The notes below the pieces were generated by a model. That model was not told the origin of the DNA. It saw only the letters and a list, made by a program, of their open reading frames with translations, and searched no databases. From assembly GCA_028534125.1 (NCBI GenBank), contig CM052817.1, forward strand, positions 108,812,001-108,876,000: 64,000 nucleotides of DNA, read 5' to 3'. A program made the position numbers and the translations under genes. Position 1 is the first letter of the stretch. Every line of letters begins with the position of its first letter. Below are positions 38,249 to 51,403 of this stretch, piece after piece. This stretch comes from Lama glama (lineage: Eukaryota).

Positions 38249-41200
38249 CCCAACCTATATTTTTGGATGGAAATACAATTCTCAGTATTGTATTAGCTTT
38301 GTACATTCCATCAGTGTCTACTCATGCATGGATACCTTGTATCAAAACACAAAACTAGAGAAGACGATTGCTTCCAGGGACGTGCAACTATATTCTAAAA
38401 GGTTAGACATTTGTTACTTTAAAAATAACGTGTAAGGAGATTTCTGTAAAGTCAATATATTAAAATATAAGTGAACGTGGGAATGAACACATTGTGATAC
38501 ACCCGCCTTCTAAGAACTCTTTGCAAATGCTGATTATGTCATTACGTGGGAAAGAAAACACACAAAATATACGTAAGGCTATCCCGATGATATTTAAATT
38601 AAGCCCTTTGCAATGAAACCAACAGCAAGTAAGAGACAGGGATGCAGAGGTAGTTTGTCACAATTTCAAAGTATCAACAGAATGGAAGGCTCGTTTGAAG
38701 TCAGCAGAACTTCCATTATGTTTTTATTAGCACAGAAATCTCACATACATCATTTGATTTCATTCCATACAACATCTCTTTGGGGAAAAAAAAACTCAAG
38801 CAGTATATTATTTCCTACTCATTTAAAGAAACTAGTCTAAAATGATCATGCATTTGTTGAAGTTCCATCAATATGTGGGAGGTCGTCAGAGTATTCAGGT
38901 AACTACAAGTCTGAGTGTCCTGACTCTCAACATCTAAACAGCATCATCTCATTTGCTGCTTGTTTGTTTACAACTTTAAGATTACTATTAATAGGAAAGT
39001 CAAGCAAGTAAATTTCAACCCTGTTACAGTTGCTTATTTATTCAAATAGTTATTTACTGTGCAAACTGCTAATCTTATCATGCAGATTGCTATAATTCCT
39101 CCCTTCCCATTTATGATTTTCACTATAATTCCTCCTGTTGTTAAATGAATAGAACATGTTCCCTTTCAAAGAGAAAGGAAGATAAAAAAAAAAACCCTCA
39201 AAGCCTTTTATCTGAGTTGTAAATTACTTGAGCACGTGACTGTCAGTGATCTCCCCTGACGGGAAGTCTGAGCGTCTGACGTTCTGCGATGGTCCCGGGG
39301 ATTATGCCCTAAAAGATGCTCTTGGTGCTTACCACCTCTTACCTGCAGAGTACTCCCCACTCAGTGCCAAGGGAGTGGTTTTGCGTCAACATCATTTGCA
39401 ACTATGGACAGAACCTTCTTTGTTCCTATTTAAATAATTACATCCGCCTTGCTGTCACGCCTGCGTATTGGAATGAGGTTTAACATAAAGATGGAGGAAT
39501 TTCCAGTGCAATCTGAAACCAGAGCTGACAAATAGCTTTTGTGACTTACCGTTTAAACTCAGCCCACATTTATGTAAGATGCTGAATTAAACCGAAGAAT
39601 AATCATCCCGTAGAATGGGGAAGAAAGAAAAAAAATGTTCATCCATTAGAATGTCTGAACCACAACATTTTATAAATATTTACTCCTTTGACTCAACTCC
39701 GCCTTTTTAAATAGCATTTCTTTTAGGAACGCAATGCTTATCTCAGCTCCAATAAAAGTCATTCCTAAAATGAGGCCAGCAAAGAGTTTCTCCCATTATA
39801 AGCTGTACATTTCTTTCAACTGAAGCTCATGAAAATAATAGACTTATCTCCGCTGTGAAGGGTCACTGCCCATGGTGTGGTCAGAGATTCGGGGCTTGGA
39901 GTTCATTAAGAGAAGTACAGAAAGTCCTTGGGCATTCCCAGGTACAAATGCAAGGAAAATGGTCACGGCATTCCATCGATAGGACTCCTTAAGGCTCCCG
40001 TGAAGCAACATAAGGAATTAATAGACAATATTAAATCACGCCAAAACCCTTCCTCAAAGCAGAACGCTCTATGTTAAAGAGGCTAAATGTGTACTGAAAG
40101 GTGGAAGCCAAACCAAATGCATGAAATCTAACTTTTCCATCCTTCCTAATAATAAATTTAACAATTCTTCCTAATGTTAACATAGAGTAAGAAAGAAACC
40201 ATGAATCCACAGAAATATGAAGTCTTTTTCTACTTGGTAGAAATGTTAGAGAAAATAATTTTTTAAATTAGATTGCTCATTTCTTTTCATGTCTTACTAA
40301 TATTCAACTCATGACTTAATTTAGTTTAGCGTTGCACAGCAGGAACAAATGACTAAATGTGAAAGAGAGGACTTTGGAAGGGGGTGGCTTCTGAATGAAT
40401 CACACTGGTAAATGTGGAAAAGTTGGCCAAGATCCTATGAAAAAATATATTGAAGGGGATATCAGTGTAAGAAAAAAAAAGGTGAAATCATTGATTTGAC
40501 CTTGTGCTCAGTGGGAGTGTGAAAATTGGATCTTGGAGGCAGCAGAGGAGAGGGAAAAGGGCTTGGTTTAAGGCTCTGAAGTGAAATAACATCGCAGACA
40601 GCAATGGAAACCACACAGCCTTGAGTAGCTCAATATAACACCGCAGATCAGGGTACGTATTATGGGAAGACGCTAGAAAAGTTAATAACGGAATATCTGA
40701 GCCACGACTCGCAGGCAAGGACCCACCATCTGGAGAATAGGGTGATGCACACAAAGGTAGCTGCCAAGAATAAAGTTGAAAGGGAATGGGGAATATAAAA
40801 CAGTTTTTGGGCCGAAGTAGACAGACTCAACCGTGGAAAACAAGGTTGTTTAATAACCATCAAAACTTCTAGGGCAGAAAGTTAAACTCCAAGAGAAAAA
40901 TAATTGTCAAAGCGCCAGCCGGTAGTAAGTGATGGCTAATTAAAGAAAGACCTTCCCCTATGAAAAATCACATTGGCTACTTTATATCCTACATCGGACA
41001 TTATACTTACATCAACAGTGCATGTGCTATAATATTTTAAATGGAATGCCTGGTATTTGAATTACTCAGTGTTGGGTGATGTTGTCATGATATTTTATCT
41101 TCCTCGAATGAGTGTGTTACACTTAAAAGGAAAATGAACATGGTCAGATCAGGCTGAATAAATCTAATTAGGTCATTCCGTACAGCTTCGCTAGAGCTGT

Positions 41201-42371
41201 GTTTTCCCTGTCGTTTGCTGACTGACCTTGTAATCTGTCCGGGTGGCAGTGTGGTCTGGAAGCAAGAGGTTGACATTCCTTTCTAATGAGTCAACTTCCC
41301 AGCCTGTAACAATATCCAATGTCTTTTACATCAAACAAAGCGAAGCTATATGCTGGAGAAAATGACCCAGGTGCCTAGGGTTTAACATCAGTTCAGTCCT
41401 TCTGTCCTTTCCTGCTGCCCTGGGAGCCATTGCAGATGCTGCCCCTGTGTCTGAACCAACATCCTGGACTAAGAAGTCAAGACGAACTTGAAAATAGTTT
41501 ATTTCAGAAGCTGGAGGATCCCAATGTGGGTGCTCGCAAGATTCTTCAACGTGTCATTAATAGTTACTGCAGAATCATCCAGGTCGGTTAACTGCTTCAC
41601 ATAAAGAAATTTAGAGTTCAGCCACTAAATGCACAGTCCAGTTTGTGCAAACTATGTTTCCTTTTTATTATTCCTAATTGTATTCTTGAATTTTGTTGGT
41701 CTCCTGTAAAAAGTGATTTCTCTGAGGAATGTACACCCACTGATGTGCGGATGCTTTGACCACCTTGTGAATGCAACTTGCTTCCTTATGAAACAGAATG
41801 ATAAGTTTTGTGGTGGTGTCTGTCATTCCTGGCCCTGGTGCCGCAGCTAAAAGCATATGATTGCAAACAACAGCCAAGAAGAAAATTATGGAAAGGAAGG
41901 TGTGTCTGAGAGTACACTCTGTCATCACACAGCAAGCCCCCCAGAGCCACAAACCAAACAATGGGTTTATTCTGTCCCCCCCCCCCCGTCTTCATTAGGT
42001 CAACATCAGCCAGCTGACTGCTTGGAGGGACACAGTGGCCACCGGTCAGCGGTCTGTCCATCTCTGTGAAGCATGGTCAGCTCCCGCTGGTTCACATCAT
42101 ACCCACTGGTTTGTAACGACCCCAATCTGAGCCTAGAAAGTTCACTCCTAAGATAGTGGTGAAATATTCTTTCCTTGTTCCAAACACAGTATTTTTTACT
42201 GCTTTGGCTCAATTTAATGCATAATGAATTTTTATAACCCCACCATTAACTTCCCATGAATTGTTGCAGATCCTTCTTCTCTTGTGCTTGGAGGAACATC
42301 GAATATTACTGAAGGTCTGCGTTCTGAGGGGGTCTCCCGTGATGTAGGAGCTCCAGTGGACAGTGGGGTTT

Positions 42372-42702
42372 TGTAGTCATTGGGACTAGACACCAACCCT
42401 CTGTCTCCTCACTCGGGGCACCTGACCGGATTGCATTTCTTCTCTTCCACTGATACTACTTGCCATCTGATTTGCTTTGGCCAATGAACTGGGCAGGAGT
42501 GAACTGTTGGACTTTCCAGGGAAAGTTTAATGAGCCGTGTGTCCTTCCCTCTGCCTCCCTCCCGTCATGGTCCCATCAGCTCGGGCCCTGGAGTGAAGAC
42601 AACAGGTGCAGTGCAGTCACCTGAGTGAAAACTAAAGGCATTATTTTCTTAATCCATGAGATTTAGGGCTTATAACTACAGAACCTGGTTATCTTGACTG
42701 AG
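42372..42702 (+). mobile_element. Ancient MaLR (MLT1I/J-like) LTR
   Basis: 'gatttgctttggccaatgaactgggcaggagtga' and terminal 'gagatttagggcttataactacag...tcttgactga'. Confidence 0.65.
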
Positions 42703-42801
42703 GTGCTTGAAGAACCACTAAGGCTGGAAGCCTATTTCAAGATTAACTAAGAAATTATTTGGATTAGAAAAATATGATAATAATACGGATAGCTCTTGAA
42801 A

Positions 42802-43287
42802 CAGTCTTTATTTTAAAGTCCATTTTGTCTAATATAAGTGTTGCTGCTCCAGCTTTCTTCTGGTTTCCTTTTCCAGCCCCTCATTGTCAGCCTGTATGTG
42901 TCCCTAGCTCTGATGTGGGTCTCTTATAGACAGTGTATATACTGGTCTTGTTTTTGTATCCATTGAGCCAGTCTTTGTCTTTTGGTTGGAGTGTTTAATC
43001 CATTTACAGTTAAGGTAATTAGTGATACATAAATTCTTGCTGCCATTTTTGCTTTTGTAGGTCTTTTTTTCTCTCTCTTCTTTTTGCTCTCCTCTCTTGT
43101 GATTTGATGACTATAGTCTTACATTTGGATTCCTCTTTCTTTTGTTTGTGCCTATCTATTACATGTTTTTGGTTTGCAGTTACCACAAGGTTTTGGTGTA
43201 GAAGTCTCTGTCTATATATACATGATTGTTTTCAATTGCTGATCTCTTAATTTCAAATGCATTTTAGATACCCTGCATTCATCTCCA
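42802..43287 (-). mobile_element. LINE-1 internal fragment (inter-ORF region and start of ORF2 endonuclease)
   Basis: Minus strand 'taattaccttaactgtaaatggattaaacactccaaccaaaagacaaagactggctcaatggatacaaaaacaagacc' encodes the ITLTVNGLNTPTKRQRLAQWIQKQD EN motif. Confidence 0.92.
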
Positions 43288-44574
43288 ATAGCTCTTTAAA
43301 AATCTGTAAACTAGATCTTCCTGATAAAGTAATTCTTCTAGAAATAATGCCTTCCACATTGATAAGTGTATGGCCAGATACAGATTGTGCCATGTGAAAT
43401 TGCCCATATTGGACCCGTTTCTTACTTAAAAGTAGCAATTTTGTATGGTTTGCCATAATAAATGTGTCTTCTGTTTTGTATCTAAGGGAAATTCACATTG
43501 TGTTTTTAGTGAGCTGGTTGCTGAAAAGAGATGATTACTCACATTTAGTATTTGGTTGGAGTTTAACTTTATTTCATTAATGCCTTATGTTGAGGACATT
43601 AAAAAGTTAGGCCAAATAACACAGTGTGATTAACAAACGTTTGTCTTTTGCAGACATGATCTAATGCATTTTTTTACAGTTTTTGTTTTTTAACATGTTA
43701 ACTTGCTCGCTGCAGGACACATTCTTGAGAGCATAGACAAGAGTTATGTCACTTAAAATGCAATGACAGGGCTATTATGTTTGTTTTGAAGTTTTTGCCA
43801 ATGAAATATATAAGATAACAAATTAGCCACTATGGCTCATTATGTTAAATTTATCCATTAAGAGAGCTTGTAAAATGATTAAAGGGCTATCTTTTATTCT
43901 TAGAGTTGGAATATTTTCATTAAAAGCACATAGAAAATTTGACTATTGCTTAGGTTTTAAATTATTGAAATAACATTCTATTAGAATCCAGTAGATTGAG
44001 ATAGCTTACAAGAGGAACACTCAAAATGTTTAACTAATTTTCTCTAACTCAGTTTCTGAACCCTACCAAAATTAAGTCAAATTTAAGATTCTAGCTTTAC
44101 ATGCTTTGGGAAGATGTGATTTTCTGGCTTAAGGAAAAGAAGTTCAAGAATGATTTATAAAACTTTAAAATTTCCAGATGTAACTTCTCATAAAATTCTT
44201 TGGATATCAAATGCTATAGCATTTACCAAACATTTTGATGAGTTAAGTGTAAATGAATCATAAGGATTAAATTTCCCTACAAATACACAAGAGCTTGAAA
44301 AATTAGGGGAAAGAGTGCCTTGGCAGAATTCAGTTGGGTTGTGTCAAATCCAAAGAGTTTCAAAACTATGTTTTGAAGTTTTTCTGAAACTGAAACCTCA
44401 CTATTTTTGATCATCTTTTGTTACAAGTCCAAACTGAAGAGTGTTTCCAAGTTCTATTGGTGATAAACAAACTGAAAGTGGTTCGGACCAGGACCACAGA
44501 CGCACTTTCACAAATAATTTTATAGCCTTAAGGGATTCATCATACCGCTTTCCTACAAATGTCTCTTAGAGTTA

Positions 44575-44912
44575 TAAAAATTAAAACTGGAGGAAGGTGG
44601 TCAAGGGTGTAAAGTTTCAATTAAAAGGTGGACAAATACTAAGAAAGTGTTGTATGAATGGTGACCACAGGCAGCACTGCTGTACAGCACAGAGGGAGTT
44701 GCTGACAGAGATCTAAGAATTCTCTTCCCAAGGAAAATTTCTTCTCTTTCTTTTTCTTTTTATTGCATCTGTATGAGATGATGGATTTAACTAAACTTTC
44801 ACAGTAATCAATTCACAAAATACGTAAGTCAAACCATTGCACTGTACACCTTAAACGTGTACAGAGATGTGTATCAGTTACATCTCAATAAAACTGGAAA
44901 ATATGAAATAAA
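44575..44912 (+). mobile_element. L1MA/MB-type 3' UTR fragment
   Basis: 'ctgtacaccttaaac...atcagttacatctcaataaaactggaaaa' terminal signature. Confidence 0.88.
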
Positions 44913-46309
44913 AAGAAATTCCAGGAAGTAACAAAAGTAGAAAACAAATAACCTGACTCCACAGGTTCTCAAATTTTCTGTTATCAGTAATAATTTCACA
45001 ATGTTCCTACGCCAATGGAAACCTCTAACGGGTTCATTTATTAAGTAGTTAGGTCTACACAACTTAATAAGTTTTAATATCCCAACAACTTAGTGATCAT
45101 GTTCAAAGACACTACACATAATTTTTTTTAAATAATAGTTTTGGTTTTTTCTTAAGTAACCACAATTACTAATGGGTTATGTGTTCCTAGTGAAGTCCTA
45201 CACAGCTTCTCAGTCCTTGAAACCTGATCAGTCATTACCTCATTTCCTGTTTTTCTATGATTTTCTAATAGCATTTGGTGTTTATTGTATTTTTTAAAAA
45301 GTTAAAACTTAAAAAAAAAAAATCCCAGGTTGGTAGAGATATAACATCACTGAGAGGAATGTATCATGAAATACATGGAAACTGTGAACTACCTTGACCT
45401 AGTAGCTCAGATGTCCAAGAAAGGTTGAGTGTTTCTATGTTTCTTTTAGAAATAGATTCCATATGTGGCTATGAGCTGACTATGGCACCCAGGGTACCTT
45501 AGGGCAGAGTTTGAGAACTGTGGATTTTATCAGTTCTGTTAAGTTATCTTCCAATCATTTCAGAATTTTCAGTATCCACTTATTTATAATCAAGCAAGTA
45601 TTGACAGGAGTGAAGCCAACAGTAACAAAAATGACTTTTACTGAACACTAGAAATAGTATTTTATAATGTATGACAATATATTTTTATACTTACAAAAGT
45701 TGTAATGAACTAAGAAAATAATACAGTCACTGGAGCTTATGTTTTTCATAACGAACAATATAATTTACTATAAAACATGTATGTATAACATAACAATGTT
45801 AACAATACATTTGAAGGAATGTTAACTAACATTTAATAGAATTTTTTAACTGAAAATATAAGAATCAATATATTAGAGACAAACTTCATGAAAAGATTTT
45901 TTTTAAGGGAGAATTAATTTAGCATTATTTCATTACATTTGAAAAAAGTTTTAAATATAGTGTAGAACACAGTAGTCTAAGGAGAAAATAAAATAACATT
46001 TGTTCATCTTGGTGTTCTTCACACAAATTACATCTAAAAATAAGTAAATGGATTTTACTGCAGGAGGAGTCTGCAAAGGAGCCTGTCTGAGAGGTTTTAA
46101 GTACTAAGCAAAAGCTTCTCTTTAAGGTAATGTTATCATGAAGTTTTTTCAGACTAGGCAGATACATAATTTTTAGTCACAATTCAAATGTCTTGCTAAA
46201 AACTTTAGTTAACGGAAGTCACGTGTGTGTACGCATAGTAAGCAAATACTCACAAGACTTAAGAAAGTCCCTATGAGTAAGTCTGGAGGAATATATAGTG
46301 CATCTGCCC

Positions 46310-47385
46310 GATGGATGTAAACATTTATAGAAGACCTACCCGGGACTGGCCAGATTCTGGGTGCGCGGGGTGGAGAAGTAAACACAACAACGAGGGGTCA
46401 TTTCCATCCTAAAGCTTTCATGTCAACAAAGGAAACCATCGATGTGATGAGTAAGCAGACTCCCTGGAGAATGAGTAATCCATGCTGAGAAGGAAAAGCA
46501 AATCAGTGGAAGGTGATAGGAAGTGTTGGGGGAGGGCTGAAAATTTAGAAGCTCTAGACAGAGGGGCCTTCGGGAGAATGTGAAGGAAGACGCAAAAGAA
46601 GTGAAAGAGGGAGCCCCGGGGAGATCTCGAGGAAGGGCAGGCCAGGAAGAAGAAGACCCAGGAGCAGCGGTCCTCGCGGGGAAGGCCCCGCTGATGCCGC
46701 CTCAGCACCTGCGGCCAAGCGAGAGAGACGGAGCGCGCGAGAAGCAAACACGGGCACCCGGGGGCAAGGCCACACCGGCGCGCGGACAGGCCTCCGGGGG
46801 TCTCCGAGAGCAGCACTGCTGGGGGGTGACAAGGACGCCAACAGCATCGCTCCGGCGCCGGGACTGTGCACACAGGGAGGCTAGTCACAGAACAAGGCGA
46901 GAGATGAGGGGGTCCCGGGCCCCAAGGGCGATAACGGAAGGGGTGAGATACTGTACGTAGTTTGAAGGTCTGTTTGCCCCATCCAACAGGGCCAAATGCA
47001 GTCATTTAATTCAAGTTTTAGTTACTAAAGTGGAGTAAAACTAAAAATTCAGTTAACTCCGTGAGCCCGCGGTGCCGTTGGACAGCACAGATCATTGACC
47101 TTTTTCATCAGTGTAGAAAGACATTGGGCAGCCCTCACAGAACGAAGGGTATTTCCTGACACATCTGAAGTGGGATCTGAGGGGAGGAAAGCAGCTGAGA
47201 ATGGTGTTCGGCCTGAGCAGTTAGAAAAATTGAGTACAAGGATGGAAAAGCACGAGAAAAGCAGGTTTGGAGGAAATGCCAGGAGCTCCGTTTTTGAAAC
47301 GTTCAACTGAAGGGGCTTATCAGGCATCCGATAAAGATCTCAAGTGTGAGTCCAGCTTGAAGGGCGAAGTCTGGGCTGGGCGGTC
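46310..47385 (-). mobile_element. L2 fragment, locally GC/CpG-rich, interrupted by a MER3-like element
   Basis: Begins 'aaacatttatagaagacctacc...ttctgggtgcgcggggtggagaagtaaacacaac' (L2 3' end antisense); continues 'ggcgagagatgaggggg' and after the insert 'ggcctgagcagttagaaaa...agcaggtttggagg'. Confidence 0.75.
46975..47135. mobile_element. MER3/MER33-like hAT DNA transposon relic
   Basis: 'ttggacagcacagatcattgaccttttt catcagtgtagaaagacattgggcagc' resembles the MER3 end. Confidence 0.65.
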
Positions 47386-48009
47386 AAAGCGGGTTGCTGC
47401 GTGCCAGTCAGTCTTCCGGACTCTTGCAAGGTGCACTCAGTTTCCACAACAATCTCCGGGGCCAAGTACGGTTCTCCCCCTTTTTATCCATGAAGAAAGT
47501 ACACCCTGGGGCATACCACTCCTTGTGAGATGCTGAGGATGAGGACCCATCTACAGAGGAAGCTGACTCAAAATAAAGCCAAACAAACACAAGAAGTGTG
47601 GAGAGATGCAGAAAGAGGGAGAAAGAGAGAGATCCTGACTCCTGCAGCATTCCTTTTGAGTCTGGGAGCTAATCCAAGGGTCATTCTCACCCTATGAGGC
47701 AAAAAACTGAAAGCATTGTGGCCTGAAAATTCAGGAATAGCACAATCTATGAGGTCTTATTTCAAATGTGAGATGCTGTAGCTTTCTAAGAAAATGTAGT
47801 AGATTTGTTAATGCTAAGGAAATCTTGTATATATTTTTACTTTATCCATGAGATAACTACTCCTAGGAATAATTTTAAAACAAAACCTGCTCTTTCTCTT
47901 AGCTTACATTAAATATAAACCTTCTATAAAATATTTTCCAAAGAAATTCTTATCTCTTTTGGTCTGGATTACTATGTCTAATGCATTATCATTAAAATAA
48001 CTTTATCTT

Positions 48010-48610
48010 TTCTCTTAAATAAACTTGCTGAAGTGTAACTTACATTTATAAAAGTGCACAAATGGTAAGCTTGCAGTTGGCAAGGTGAAAATACCATTTC
48101 ACTTTACAGTTTTATAAGGTGAAAAAAAAACCCCATGTACTCAGTCCTCATAGATCAAAAGCCTCAGAACCCCCCTTTATACAACGCAATGCCATCATTA
48201 GCCCCTCCTCCCCCAGGATTGCTATTATGCTGGCTTCAAATAACAGTACATTTCTCTCAACTGGTTTTAAATTCCGTGTAAAAAGAAACATACAGCATAC
48301 GGTCTTTTGTGTCTGGTTTCCGTCACTCACCATGCTGTTGGGTAGTGGTAATGTGTGGATTCTCATGCTCTCAAATATTCCATTATATAAACACAATGCA
48401 ACTTATTTATTCATTCTGTCTCTGGTGGACTTTTTTTTCCAGTTGGAGTTATTATGAATAGCATTGCTATTTGCATTCATTTACATGTGTTTTGGGGAAC
48501 ACATGCGCACTTCTTTGCTAGGAATATACCTAAGAATGACATTGCTAGAGTATAGTCGTGTTATGCAGGTGTTCCGTTTACATACATACGCTAAACAGCT
48601 CCCAGCATTA
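48010..48610 (-). mobile_element. Old L1ME-type 3' fragment
   Basis: 'gaagtgtaacttacatttataaaagtgcacaaat...catacagcatacggtcttttgtgtctggtttc...tattccattatataa'. Confidence 0.82.
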
Positions 48611-49094
48611 TTGGTGTTAATGTTTCTTCAAAATAGGATAATATATGAATGAAAACTAATAATTCTAAAGATTATTTCCACTCTCTCTTCCCATCCAGGA
48701 AATTGTTTGATATTACCTACTCTTCTGTTGTGTAAGTAATGTAATTACCTTTTGGATACAGAAATTTTAATTTTACCCAAGTATAATATCAAACTAAGCA
48801 AGCCTAACCACAAACTTCTGTGTTAAAATTTCTACTGATAGTGTATAAACATAGAGATCTGTTGTTTTCTGCTACTGTGTGAAAAAATAAAACATTATTC
48901 TTTTGGCTTATTAATAACGTTTTACTGAGGGTCAAATAACATAGTAGATGTGAGTGAAATCCCTTAGGGGTAGATCCCCATGTACAGTTGATTGCGTATG
49001 TCCCATAGACTTGCTAAACTGAGGAGACACGGTATCTGCCCCCACCCCTTCCCACATACCCAGTAGACCATGGTGGGGCAGCAAGAGGGGAAGA

Positions 49095-50300
49095 TGGACA
49101 CCAGACACGAATTACTGGTCCACAGCGTTTCTGAAATCCAGCCTGGTGACTGTCAGACGTTTTATCATTAGGTTCCCAAAATGTAATTTTAATTGCCTCT
49201 CTGCTTCTTCCTCTGGACACTTGGTTCTGCCCTCTGAGTCACTCTTTCCTTGAGAAAGGTAAGTCTTATTTTCAGCAGAGTAGTTTTCTTGTATGGTTAA
49301 CTGCTAGGAGAATTGTGGGGGCAAAGGGAAATCCAACAACCTCTTTTCACTCTGTTCTGTGACTTTATAGACTCCCTGTGAATGTCACTGGAGTCACTCC
49401 ATTAGACAAAACCAAGTCCATAAATCTCTCAGACATAAACCCTTAAGCTGCCCTTTAACAAACCTTTTGTGTGACTGACTACCCCTCTGAGGTACTGCCG
49501 TTGGTCTTTCTAAAGGCTGACCAAAGATGGGGTAGTAACACTCTCAGATTCATCGGTAGACCATCTGTCTTTTTGGCAATGCCATGGAACTGATCTTTCT
49601 CAGACATCTCTTGATTTTAGCATCATTTATCAGTTGGAGAAGCTAAGAATTTTCACAACCATCATGTTCTGGCTCCTTCTCTCAATGTCTTGCTCCCCTT
49701 TCACACTTTACAACAGAGAAGGATGGAAGGAAGGAAGGAAGGAAGGAAGGAAGGAAGGAAGGAAGGAAGGAAGGAAGGGAGGGAGGGAGGGAGGGAGGAA
49801 GGGAGGAAGAAAGAAGAGAAAGAGAGAGAGAAAGGGAAACAGAGAAAGGGAGAGAGAGAAAGGAAGAGAGAAAGAGGAAGGAAGTCTGGAAATCAGACAG
49901 GATTAAACAAGTTGCTTGGCAATCTCCCTAGCTATATATAAGTTCCATCAGAGACATTTTCTACGCTGTGTGTTACTGCAGGTGACAGTATTGCTAGATT
50001 TCCCGTCATTACGTATCGAGGATCCTCCTTTTCTCCAGTGTCTAATAACACCTTGTTCACTTTTGGGGTTGGGGGGCGCTCTCACTGCTGGCAACATCCT
50101 CACAGTCCAGATCTCTACCGTCTCTCTGAAGCAATTCAGGCTTTCTCTAACAAACTCCACAAAATCATTCTCTACTGCTTGTTGTCTTACAGCTTCTGTA
50201 AATCAGAATCTGGCCCCAGATTGAATGGCCCAGGATTTCTTGAAAGGCTGTAATCAAGGTGTTAGACGGGTTACAGTTATCTCAAGGATCAAATTGGACA
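49095..50300 (-). mobile_element. MaLR (MLT1) internal region plus LTR fragment
   Basis: 'cttggttctgccctctgagtcac', 'cactccattagacaaaa' and 'ggatcctccttttctccagt' resemble MLT1-int; 49920-50070 is homologous to the reverse complement of 57080-57225. Confidence 0.72.
49715..49884. repeat. (GGAA)n/(GGGA)n/(GA)-rich polypurine tract
   Basis: About 170 bp almost purely A/G on the + strand. Confidence 0.96.
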
Positions 50301-50587
50301 GGAACCAAGACCACTTACATGTCTGGAAAGGAAGAAAGGAAGGTGATGTGGTCAAAATTTCTTGGAATCTTTCAAATGACAGGCCTTCTGGCAAATACAC
50401 TGACAGCAAATTCTAACACAGAGCACTACTCTGTGGTCTGTGTTGGTGGGGGGTGCCTGGTCTGTTTAGGTGGGCGTACAGTAAACAAAGCTTGAATCCA
50501 TGAAGTTCGGGGTGTACCTCCCAGGAAAATGTCACGTAAGCTACATAACTCTCAGAGTACAAAATGGAAATATTTTAAAATTGAGGA

Positions 50588-50700
50588 GGGGAAGGTAGAG
50601 CTTAGCAGTAGAGCACATGCTTAGCATGCATGAGGTCCTGGGTTCAATGTCCAGTATCTCCACTAAAAAATTTTTAAAATTTAAAAATTAAATAAATTAA
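50588..50700 (+). mobile_element. tRNA-Ala-derived SINE (vic-1 type)
   Basis: 'gtagagcacatgcttagcatgcatgaggtcctgggttcaatgtccagtatctcca' plus AT-rich tail. Confidence 0.9.
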
Positions 50701-51263
50701 ATGTAACCAACTCTGTTTTAGTAAGTGTATATCACTTAGAGCCTTCACATGTTAATCTGTGCTAGAGAATGTAGTCATGGGGATAAAAGACAGGTCTGAG
50801 AACCAGCACTCGTGGCCTTAGACTTTTTCTGCTTCTTCTGCGACCCATGATTACTTGTACTCTTTACTAAATAATTAGTAAAACTTGATTTTCAGTAAGA
50901 TCTCTAATATTTTCAGTGGTGACTTGATAATCTATTTTATATTAGAAACAATCCAAAGAGAGATAAAACATGCACAATGATATAGAGAAACAAAATTGTC
51001 CAGTAATAATCTAACTAGAAGTGTTCTCCAGATCAAAGACTATAAAGCTACTTACCAATCTTTTCAATTGATTTTTTCGTTGTGTGTTTGTACGTGTGTT
51101 TTCTTAAAAATGTGTAAAGAGTATTTGAATACATAAAACTTAGAAATTTCTGATTTTTGCATAAAAAAAAAACTAGGGCAAAAGAGAGCTTTGTACACAA
51201 AGGCAATCCTTAACATCTATGAACTTTTTAAATGATTTCCCAAATAGAAAATTGAGGGAGGAA

Positions 51264-51403
51264 GGGGAGGGCATAGCTCAAGTGGTAGAGCGCATTCTTA
51301 GCACACAAAAGGTCCTGAGTTTAATCTCCAGTACCTCCTCCAAAAATAAATAAATAAGAAAACCTAGTTACCCACCCCCACCAAAAAAAAAGGAAAAAAG
51401 AAA
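51264..51403 (+). mobile_element. tRNA-Ala-derived SINE (vic-1 type) with perfect 18-bp TSD
   Basis: 'ggggagggcatagctcaagtggtagagcgc...'; TSD agaaaattgagggaggaa at 51246-51263 and 51404-51421. Confidence 0.95.

Noticed and set aside
46418..47005. 195-aa minus and 126-aa plus ORFs
   Set aside because: Stop-codon scarcity in GC-rich L2-derived DNA; no recognisable protein.
49634..49941. EGRK-repeat ORFs
   Set aside because: Translation of the GGAA microsatellite.
50066..50082. Second CTCF-like site (GGGGGCGCTC)
   Set aside because: Only the 3' half matches; the CCAS-AG half is absent.
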